A stretch of DNA of 64,000 bases. It comes from Bispira polyomma (Eukaryota). A program made the position numbers and the translations under genes. Position 1 is the first letter of the stretch. Every line of letters starts with the position of its first letter. The stretch is from positions 50,096,001 to 50,160,000 of the forward strand of contig OZ287751.1 in the NCBI GenBank assembly GCA_965649765.1. Reading direction: 5' to 3'. Shown piece by piece: positions 42,301 through 54,300 of this stretch. A model generated the notes under the pieces. It worked only from the letters and a program-made list of their open reading frames with translations. It made no database searches and was not told where the DNA came from.

Positions 42301-45300
42301 GATTAATACATCAGAGCTATATGGATGAAAAAAAATAGCAATGTCACAGTATGTCTATTTACAAGACTGTCCCCAATATAGCACTGTGCCACCCTGGTAT
42401 ATTAATCAGTCATGCTCAAGGTTAGTCAATATTACAATATTTTCATAATGATCTAAGACCTATGTATCAACAACAACCTATTAAAAGAACATTCTGTTTT
42501 TGCTGGCCCAGGGTCAAATGTTTCTTTATTTCTGTTTTCTTTGCTAACTGCTTTTCATGTTTAATTTGTTTCTCTCTACTGAATATAATAAAAATATAGT
42601 GAGCTTCAATTTATTTTGAAACAGTTAACATTTGTATTGTAAATTTTGCGAACCCTCTGTGATACATGTATATTGTTCGCTTAAAGTTGTAGTTTGCTGT
42701 GTAAAGCTTTAGGCAAGTACATTTTGCTTCATACTTTGTGTAAAATATAGTCCGCAAAATAGTTTGGAAATAGTGAGCAATAAAATTAATTCACTCATTT
42801 AGTACAGACTAGTTAGTTGAACGTCAATTTATTTAATCAGAATTTATTTGGGCTTAACGTCGCCTTCCACAGCTTTGGTCATATCAGGACGGCCAGGATT
42901 AGTGGTGGGGAAACTAGTGCTGAAGAACTGTAAACCACCAACATAGCAAGTACCTGACAAAACTTTCTTACATCAAGAAGGAATCTGTGGGATTCGTTCC
43001 CCAGAGATGACAGACCAGCGATTTTAAAGCAGACGCTTATAACCACTAGGCCACCACGGCCCCCGGTTCAACGTCAAAACCAGTTACCTCCTGCTAATAT
43101 TTTCAAATCCTTTAATTACATTATAGGACATGCATTTTACTCAAAGCAGTTTTCTTATAAATGAATTACATTGTCACATATGTACAAAATTAGAAGAAAA
43201 TAACAACAGTATCATCAAAACAATTTGGTATGTTCTTACATGAAGTATACATGTATTTACAATGGGTATTTCAAACCATGCTGCAAGTCAGACAGGCATG
43301 CATAATTTGTGAGTTTGTATTTCTGGATTCTATAGTTTTTACAATCAACTAAGAACTCTCTCTACTGCTTTCACGGCATTATAAGACAAGAAGACAATGC
43401 TTCCCTCTTTGTTACCTCTCCTTCCTTAACAGTCCACATATCTCTGAACTTCCAGTCACCTAACTTATGCTACTCAGATTGCACACAAGATTGTAAGAAC
43501 ATTAACATGGTAGCACTATACTGTAACACCATTTACAACAGAAAGTTTGTTTGTTTTAGTAATAGGTAGATTTCAACTTGAGAAAAGTCTCATGTAACAA
43601 ACTCAGGTTTATTAGCAAAGTATAATTCAAAACTAGTGAAATGAAAATTACAGTTGGAAATTATCTTAAACAGGTATTTAGTAATGTTTAAACCTCCATC
43701 ATTGAAACATCTATTTTCTAAATATCCTATTTTATAAACATATGTCCACTCTCCCAAATTTACATTATTCCATTGTATGATAATTAAATGCTTTGCAGAG
43801 ACAATATTTTGATATCAAGATCTCCAACACGCCATAAGGATTTTATATATCATTATAAAGTTTCTTCAAGCATGAACCAGTATCATTCAGACAAATTCAG
43901 TTTACTTAGTGCTTGTAAGCCTAGCTGACCCAATAATAATACCTCACTACCCCTAAGGCATAAACCTTCAATAAACAACGCTTGGTTAACACAAGTATTA
44001 AGTGAATATTTCACTAGTGTACAGTAAAAATTAGTGATCTTAACGGGTACCAGAGAAAGCAAAATGATTTGAAATTTGCAACTATTTTGTTTCAAGTTTG
44101 CATCTTCCTTCAAAAACTATAAGTAGATCATTATTTCCATTGTGAAACACTGTATACACACAAGTCGCAGTATTATGAAGGCAATAATTCATTTTAAACT
44201 GCCGAATTTAGCTTTATTCATGTGCAAAAGTTTGACAAATTTGACAATTTTTGGCCCAAACCATCTTTGTGTACATTTAGGCACATCACTAAAGAGTTGA
44301 ACATTCCTTCAAAGATCATAAGCAGACAAATACTTTCATGCAAAAACATTGGATACATATGTAGTATTATTTAGAAGGCATTAATTTTTTTTAAAACTCC
44401 CTAAATCGGCTGTATTTCTGTGTCAAAGTTTATAAAATTTGCCGTTTTTTTTCGGATGTGCACAAAATTATTCATGATTCGGGCACCCTTGCATGAAAAC
44501 AGGAACCGCACGGGTAGCAATAAAGCCAGATATTATAAAAAATATGGAGTAAAAATACTAAAACAATATCATACATTGTGATAAAGCGACATTATTTTCA
44601 AACATTATTTCATGCAGATAAACCAAACAAAATGCTATAATGAAATATACTAAGATATACTATTGTGGTATAACTATATGGCAAGGTACACAGTACATAG
44701 GCATACACTGTACATTTGTCCCACAAATTTATAAACAAATTAGTTAAACATCTCCTTTTTTTTCTTGAAAAATGTCTTCCTACTAGGCTATTTGGGAACC
44801 CAGGGTGTTACCTATTGATTTTGCAATAATCATTAAGTCATGGGGCATAAAAACATCCTTTTCAGCAAGTATTTGTGTAAATTACTAAAATTGACTCTTA
44901 GTCCATCACAATTGATAAACCCCAAGGGGGCCCTAAAGTTTAGCAGTTCCTGAAAGATGCAGCCGGTGGTACTAGATTTAATATATATTGCACGTATAGT
45001 GTCGCAGAGAATTCCAGTGACATAAGGAACAACAACTGAAAGAATTTATATTTAAATTTATAAAATTTAAAGGCTAAAAAAAGTGTATTGAGTTTTTGCA
45101 TTTTATATATGAGCAATTACCAAAATATTGTACTATAATTGCAGATTACATAATGCGAACAATGAACACGTCAGGTCAAACATGTAACACAAGCCATCCA
45201 GGTTACAAGGATACCAAAATAATGCAAACAAGTGAAGTTTTATTACCACAGGACCATACAATAAAATAGAAAATAAAAACATATTTAAGCACCTTTTTTT

Positions 45301-48300
45301 AGGTAAATGACACATGAAAGAAAATAGGGATAGGTTTAGTTTAACTTCAACAAGTCTTTCCTGTACAAAGTTAATTAACCATCAGAAAGGTAAAACAATG
45401 CTGCTTTTATTACTAAACTCAAAGTTACACATAAACGTTTACCTTATATTCTATATCAATATAATATAAATTTAAATTCACATCATGTATTTATTAATGC
45501 CAAACTCTTTCGGGTTTGGAATAAATTTTTGCTCAACTTGTATTCACAAATATTCTCAGATCGCAGTTCTTAAAACTGTGTTAGTCTCTGTCAAGCAGAT
45601 GAGATGAAACAATTATTCTCAGCCAATCAACTTGGTTGAGACAAAAATTTAACGATAAGAATTTTTGTGAATTTCAGTCCAGTACAACAACCATTACACA
45701 ATAACCTTAGAAATTTGCTGTCTATTTGACAAGCCATTGATCAGTACACAATTAGCTCAGATATTTCTTGTCTATATGACACTGTCTATGTCCTGTCTAT
45801 GTGACACTGTACACTACATTAACCATTCCACAATTAGCTTGTCTATTTCCTATGTGACTGACCAGTACACTAACTATTCCACAATTAGTTTGTACATTTC
45901 CTATGTGACACTGCCCACTACAGCCCTTCCATCAGCCTGTCCACTTAGTATACTTACATCTTGGTCTGCCTTTCTGCGTGTCTCCTCCAGCTGTACTGTA
46001 GTCTTGGTCAGTGCCTCCTGTAGTCTCTTTAACATCTCAGACTGACGCTGCGACTCACTTGACCTGTCCTTAGATACAGTCCTCAGTTTGCCCACCTCTG
46101 CATTTAGTCGCTGGATGACATCGTCTCTCGCTGCCAGCTTTAACACATTCAAAGAAATATACAGTAAAAGCCGTTTAAATACTAATTGGTTAATATATAG
46201 GTATAAATCTCGTGGCTATTCTTTGCACCACCTGACGACTGGCACAAACATTACAGGGATTCCCCAGTATTTGTACTGCCGATCTGTACTGCCGCCCTGG
46301 TTATGAAAGCTGGGTACTTGTATTTAAGTTTGAATATCTCAGCTGTTTCTCAACGGATTTTGATGCAACAAAAAGCTTAGGAATCGCAATAAAATAAGCT
46401 TACTCACTGTATTTTCATGCAAATTTCATATTCAGTAATTTCTGAGTTATAAAAAAATTGTCCATGTACTTCCTCAATTTGGAAAAAGGAAGACAAAATC
46501 ATAATAGAATAACAAAATTAATTGATATTAATGATAATGAACATTATGAGTCTGACAAGGAAATCTTAAATCATTGTGAATCTTTCTACTCTAACTTATA
46601 TACCAGTAGCAATCCTAGTCAAGAAAGTATTGACAGCTACTTATCTCAAATTGACTCCTTACCAACTCTTTCACAGAAAGATGTTCTAGCTTGAGAAGGA
46701 AGACTGAGCATAAAAGAATGTGAAACAGCCCTAAAATCAATGAAAAATAATAAATCTCCAGGATCCGATGGATTGACTATTGAATTTTATAAAACATTCT
46801 GGCCAGATCTATCTGAAACACTGATAGATGCTTTTAATCAATCATTTATAAATGGCTCTCTTTCTGAAACGCAAAATATATCTGTATTGTCCTTAATACA
46901 TAAGAAAGGTGAACTCACAGCTCTAAAAAATTATAGATCCATCAGTTTGACAAATGTCGATTATAGGATACTCGCCTTTGCATTGTCATTACGCCTACAG
47001 AAAGTTAATACAAACATTATTTCACCTGAGCAAATCGGTTACATTAAGAGACGTTTCATAGGAACTAATATTAGAGCTATACTCGATATATGTGAAAATA
47101 TTGAAAAAAATAACTCAGCTGGTGTACTTCTTCTATTAGACTTTGAAAGAGCCTTTGACAGTGTGGAAGGGCCTTTTTTATTTTCCACTCTGAAAAAATT
47201 CAACTTTGGTGCACAATTTATCATATGGATAAAAATACTATACAAAGAACCAAAAGCTATTATAAAGAATAATGGCTACCTCTCTGATACAGTTAATATA
47301 ATGCGTGGAATAAGACAAGGATGTCCTATATCTGCTTTACTGTTTATTCTTATTGCTGAAATACTTGCCCATAACATTAAATATTTTAACTCATTGAAGG
47401 GGGTCACTGTAAAAGAAGGGCTCAAGAAATTTGAATTTAAATCATTTCAATATGCTGATGACATTAGTCTGTTTCTTCAAAATGATAATGAAATACCTAA
47501 GGCTTTTGAAATTATATCAAAATTTACCACAGTAGCAGGCCCTAAGCTAAACATGTCAAAGACTGAAGGTATTTGGTTTGGCATCAATAAACATAAGCAA
47601 CAAAATTGCCATACAGCTGGAATCAATTGGCCTACTGCCCCAGTCAGATGTCTAGGAATATATATTGGTACTGATGAGAATGAATGCACGAAATTAAATT
47701 GGGACCACAAATTACAGAAAATTCAATCAGAACTCACATCTTGGAAAAAGAGAAAGCTAACTCTCTTTGGAAAAATAACTATTATAAAATCCTTGATCAT
47801 ACACAAACTAATCTTTCCAACACACTTTTCTGAATGTACCATCCTACTTTATAAAAAGTATAAATAAAATTTTATATAATTTTTTATGGCATAGTCATGA
47901 CCGAATTAAAAGAAATACTCTTATTGCAGATTACAGTGAAGGTGGACTAAAAATGATAGATGTTGAATCTCAATTCCAAGCCTTGAAAGCCTCCTGGGCT
48001 ACAAAAATTATTGAATCAAATGAAGCATGGAGCTTCTTGGGGAAAATACACTTAAACATCCTTGACAACTTCAATATTCTCAGGTTCAATTTTAACAAAA
48101 CACACCAATTCCCCCTTCTGCAGAGGCTACCCTTATTTTATCAGGAGGTCATTACCAGCTTTAACAAGTCAAAACTATGCTGTAATCCTCTGAGTAAAGC
48201 TGAAATACTACAACAGGTTATATGGGGGAATAGATTTCTCACATACTGGTCAAAAGAACACCGGCAAAATGTAACTTTATACTACAAAGAATGGATACAT

Positions 48301-51300
48301 GCTGGCATCATGTATGTGCAAGGTATCAAATTTGTAGACGGAAGGGTAGATTGTAACTATATATATGATAAAGTGAAAAATAAAAGGAATAGTTTTCAAG
48401 AAATTGTAAAAATTTTATTGTAATTTATCTTTTTGTAAGATAAATACTTACCTTATCCTCACTAAGTGCTTTTATTCAATTTGAATAATTGCTCGACCAA
48501 AAAGAATGCAAGTCTTTTTTAAAAGACTATTCTTGTTTCTTAATTTTTACTCTCAACCGACAAAGAGGAATGCGCATGCGCAGGAAGTGTTCTCACTTCT
48601 GTTGGTGCTTGCACTCCTGAGATTCAATTTGGAAAGCCTGCCACATAAATTAGTGGGGTTTGGTGGGTGGGCATCCGACTTATGAGGATAAGGTAAGTAT
48701 TTATCTTACAAAAAGATAAATTACAATAAAATTTTTACATTTTATTGCGATAAATATCCTTACCTTATCCTCACTAAGTGCTTGATTACAACCTTTATGG
48801 TGGAGGGTATTTGTGTGACAGAGCCTCACTTAAAGGATTTAGTGTAACGCACTTTGTCGAGAGTAATTAAGAAACTTGAGTTGTGGAAGGAACTGACAGA
48901 TAGTTAAGTCAGCTATTACATAGGCCTACTTTAACCCCCTAGTCTAACTTCCTGTAACTCTTAGAGTAGATATCAGAAATGATTAGGTAAGCGTTTCATG
49001 GGTATACCTTAAACACAACTATTCTTACTCATTGTACTGTACTGTACTTGTACTATTGTGTACTACACTGTACTTGACAGATTAAACATTTGAATAGCAA
49101 AAGAAAAAGATGACGCTATGGCTTACCTTATTCATCTATTGCTGTGCTGATACTCATCCTGTGAAGATCCTTAAGTATTCTTATGATGATCCCCATCTTG
49201 TGAAGATCCTAACATTGGTGTATCTGTATATATGGTGTCTTACACTATTGGATCGGGCAGTTGCTGTCATCTGTTGTCAGGTGAAACCGTCACGATGATG
49301 GCAGCAATTCCCCAAGCCGACGCTAGTCTTCTTAAGTAGAAACTAGGAGGCCTGAAAATAGAAGATAAACATATATCATCAGCATATAGTGTATACATCT
49401 TGTAGTTAGGTACATTTCATGAGCAACATAAACTACAAAAGACAATCAATGCAAGAGTTTCCAATTCCTAGAACGCCAATAAGCAGGGATGAAAACTCCA
49501 GGTTACATGTAGAATCAATCTGTGAAGGAAAATACATAATGTAACAGGAAATATGTGATATAATATAACAATCATTTTGAAACAACAATGTAGCATAAAG
49601 AAGGCTAGACTGCATTCACTTAAGTCAGGTGGACAATGTGTTGTGCAGAGACTACAGGGCCTAGGGAGAAGTCTGAGTCATTCCTAGACTGCCAAGCTAC
49701 ATCTTTCAAGTAGAAGCTAGTAAACGTGTTATGTGACTTCCAGAAGCAAGCTCCCAGTATCTGGTCTAAAGAGACCCCCCTTTAAAGGCCAATGAGGCCG
49801 CCATGGATCTCAAGTCGTGGGCCTTAACTTGACACAGATTTTCAATTTCAGTGTCAGCATGCTGGTAGGCCAAAATGATGATTTGCTTGAGCCAGGATGA
49901 GATAGTAGACCTCTGTATATCTTTACTGAAACCCTCCCGAAAAGATATGAATAGTAAATGTTTTCCTTTCCTGAGAACGTTTGAGGTAATGTTTCAGAGA
50001 TCTCACAGGGCACAATGTGATGTCCTCAACTAAGGTGTCATCCAAAAATGGACTCAAAGCTGGGATAACCACAGGCTTAATGATATCAGAACCCTGGGAA
50101 GCCAATTGGTTTTTAGCTAAAAACACTGGTGAGGGAGCTACTGTGACCTCTTTCCAGTGTGGTTTATGTTTGAGCGAGTTAAAGGTCCAGGCATGAATTT
50201 CACCTCTTCTTTTGCCAGAGGCTAAGGCCATCAAAAATACCGTTTTGAAGGTAACAAGTTTCAGGGAAGCCTCTTTAATTGGTTCAAAAGGAGGCTTAGT
50301 TAAAGCCAATAGTACCAATGATAGATCCCAACTAGGTATACCTCTGTCTTTGGTAGGTTTGTCCCTATAGAAGCTAGCTAGAAGTCTGTTCAGATCAAGA
50401 CTTTTTGAGACTTCTAGTCCTGGGGTGCCCAAATGGTCTGCAATAGCAGTTCGGTATCCGGCTATTGTAGCAGGTTTGAGATTTCGTTTCTGAAACAGGA
50501 ATAGTAAGAAATCTGCTATCTGACCACCTTATTCTCTGAGGCCCATTGTTCAAATAAGGCCCACCTTAATTCATACACTCGTCTAGAGGATGGTTTCTGA
50601 GGTGCCTTAATTCGTTCTTCCACTGATCTAGAATACTGGGATTCTGTTGGCATGGAGATTCCAGTATCCAGACATGGAGATATAGATATGGCAGGTTTTG
50701 ATGATATTGGGGGTCGAATGGTTGCTTTAGAAGATGAGGCCACTGAGGTATTAGGAGTGGTGGTCTTATCGATAGGTCCACTAGATCCCAAAACCATGTC
50801 ATGCCCGGCCATCCCGGAGCCAGGACCATTATCCGACACTGGTAAGTCAGAACTTTCTGAACCAGCTTGGGCAAAAGAGGTACTGGACAAAAGGCATAGC
50901 CGTCCAGACCCTCCCAGGAGATGTTCAATGCATCTACCTCCAGGGCATGGGCATCTGGTATTGGGGACACATGCAGAGGTAGCTTGTGATTTTTGGATGT
51001 TGCAAACAGGTCTACTTGTAGAGTGTATAAGCTTTGGCATAGGAGCGTGAACATTTTTGGGTGTAAAGACCACTCGGTTTGAATTATTTTATCTTTCCAA
51101 GATAGGCTGTCCGCTATCACATTCAGTGACACCTGTATATGACGGGCTCAAACCCTGATCTTTCTGGGGTTGCAGAAGGCAAGTATCCGCCAAACCATGA
51201 GACACATTTCTAGTGATCGAGTGCCGCCTTGTTTGTTCAGATATGAAACGACGGATGAGTTGTCTGAGGCTATTAGAACTCTTTGTTGCGAAACTTGGTT

Positions 51301-54300
51301 TTGGAAAGTTTTCAGAGCAAGATATACTGCCTTTAGTTCTAGCAGGTTTATATGTAAGCCTCTTTCTAGACTTGACCAGTGACCACTGGCGGTCAAATCG
51401 CCTAGATGTGCCCCCCAACCTATGTTGGATGCGTCTGTGAATAGAAGAAGATTGTGCTCTCTTGGATGCAAATCTTCTCCTACCATGACATTCAAGGGGT
51501 CTTCCCACCATTGAAGATGGTTTCTTAACTGGACTGAAACCGGGATCTGAATGTCCAAAGACTGGGGATATTTCCAATGGGATTTCAGGTACCACTGGCA
51601 AGGTCTCATATGTACCCTGCCAAAGGGTACTGTTTTTTTCATGCTGGCCATCATGCCTATCAAGGACATTAACATTCTGGGAGTAATGACCTTGGAGTTT
51701 TTGACCTTTTGAACTAGTAGCAAGAGTTTCGACCATTTCTTTTCGGTTGGTGCGACTAGGCCCGCCTTTAAATCGAAATGATACCCCAGGAAATCGATCA
51801 CTTGAGTGGGCTGGAGTTCCGACTTATTGAAATCGATTAGCCAGCCCATCTGTTGTACTACTGAAACCATCTTCGGTATTTGGATTCGGCTTTTCTCGAG
51901 AGATGGGAACCGAATTAACCAGTCGTCTATGTACTGGTGAATTCTGATTCCCTGTGCTTGGAGTACTAATTTTGTTTCTTTCACGACCTGTGTAAACTCT
52001 AGTGGGGCTGTTGCAATGCCAAACGGAAGCGCCTGGAACTGATATGACTGGTGATCGACATTGAATCTCAGGAATTTCTGCGAATTTGGATGAATTGGTA
52101 TATGGAAGTAGGCGTCGGTTAAATCTATGGACGTTACCCACTCCCCCTTTCTCAATGAACTTAGAATGACCTCTGCTGTCTCCATTTTGAATGTTGTGAC
52201 ATGGAGATTTCGGTTCAAAACACTCAAATCGATCACTGGCCGCCATTTTTTCAAAGGTTTGGGTACTAAAAACAGTCGGCTGTAAAACCCCAGAGTTGTT
52301 GAATGTTTTACCTTGCAAATCGCTTGTTTTTCTAGCATTTGGGCTACACATTCTTTGAGAAACGCCTGCTTTTCGTCGTCTTTGTATCCGCTCAAAATAC
52401 TCGGATGTCTGGTTAACGACACTCTGATTTTTGGCAATATTTGGTAACCGTATCTCAGAATTTGCACAACTCGAGGATGGCACTTTAATTTTTTCCATAC
52501 CTGCCAGTAGTCTGCCAAGCGGCCCCCACCAGATCTTTGATTGTCACGTTCGCCGCCCACTGCCTCTCCCACCACGTGTGCTGTTGGTCTGGCCCTGGTA
52601 ACTGGAGGACTTCTTGAAGTCGGTACCACGCCCCTTCGACCAATTCTGGTTGGGCTTGAAGGTAGTATTCTTACTGTGATAAGTGGCCTGGTAAGTCGGC
52701 TTGTTGTGTGCTGACTTAGAATCAGAACACCTGGGTCTTTTTGGAGAAGGTTGCTTATTTCTGGCTTTAGCCTGCTTCTTCTCAATTTTATTTAACGTAG
52801 TAGGGTTAAAGAGATTAGATGTTAGGAAACCTTTCCTCCTGAGGTATCATGTTCATCTAAGGGCGAACAGTAAGTCTTTAATATTGAGTCCCTGCGAGCT
52901 AATTGAAGGTTACAGGCTAGGGCGATGGATGTATCCACTGTTGTTTCCAGGGCTTTGTCCACCGACCCAAGGACCGCTCCAGCGATTTGAACACTATCGC
53001 CCACTTTTATAGTAAGTCTGGTGGCCTCATCTTCCTTCACAAGATCAGCCAAAGCTAGTAAGTTAGCGTCAGAGTCTAAGAGAGTCTTGTCTAAAGTTCT
53101 TATAAAATGGGAAACGTAACTCAGTACCTGGACGTTTTCCCTCAACACAGTTTCCATCAGGGCGACTTATTTCATCGGAATGAGCACGTTGTAAGGCTGA
53201 GTGGTGTTTTTCGCCATGATGCATTTGAAGGCGTCCTGGCACTTCGGCGCTGTGACAGAGAATGCATTAGAGGTCGATCTGTAGAACCTCATGGCTGGTC
53301 TCGAGTAGTTAATAAAACTGCCTTTATTGATAGGCGTTGAATTGAGAACTTCAGTGTTTTTGGGATCAGGACGTCCCGCAGCCAGATCTTTGTATAACGT
53401 CCAGTGAGACACAACTTCGTCCACTGGAGGCAGAGTGAGGGGAAGTACTGGAGATTTTTTACTTCTATCTCTGTTCCCAAAGATTTTGGCAGGCTTGGTG
53501 CTGGGTTCTGTAGGTGTTTCTAAAGCCAGCAAAGCCCTCACTGTCCCCAACAGTTATCTGTATGAGGGGTCCTCCTCTTTACCCGCCACGTGATCAGCCT
53601 GGTCAGTTGTCTGGTCATCATCCATGGGTGACTCAGATCTCTTTCGACTTCGCCTAGGAGCATGAGAGTCTTCTTCAGAATCATAACTTCTCCCGAAAGT
53701 ACTGGTTTTTGAGGCACTGCCTCTACCTTCTACTTTCTCCACACGTTCTGTCAATTTACCTAGCTCAGCTAGTATTTGCTGGAGAGGGTCATCTTTCTTC
53801 ACTGAAGGTGTAGATTCCTCATCCAAAAGGCTGTCATCTATGGTGTGAGTAGTAGGAAGCTTGTGAAACTTAAGTTTCCAAGCTTGTAAAGGTCTGGTCT
53901 GGTCAGAAGTCATCTGCATACAAATGAAGCAGTCCTCAGGACTGGAAATCACACAGACATCAACCCCAAGCCCCTTGTCTCTGCATGGCAGGCAATGACC
54001 ATGATGGTCAAAATCGTAGACCTCATGTCCACACTTCAGGGCAATCCTCTGGGTAGAAACGGAAGAATTTAGTTCGTTTTCCGCCATACCTCAGTAAAAT
54101 ACTCATAAAAAAAGAGAAACCCTATCTTGAAAACGGTCAATATGGTAAATTGGCCGAGCAAAAAGGTGGTCTGATCTATCTGACGACCAAATAGAATCTG
54201 AGGAGTGCAAGCACCAACAGAAGTGAGAACACTTCCTGCGCATGCGCATTCCTCTTTTTCAAATTGAATAAAAGCACTTAGTGAGGATAAGGTAAGGATA

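Noticed and set aside
42985-43065. Possible tRNA gene
   Set aside because: The A box is present, but the B box and cloverleaf are degenerate; it is the head of a SINE with a body, tail and TSD.
50652-53340. Extra ORFs inside the DIRS (plus strand, and alternative minus frames 51089-51736 and 51824-52498)
   Set aside because: No recognisable motifs. They are antisense shadows or the usual overlapping-frame extension upstream of the YR domain.
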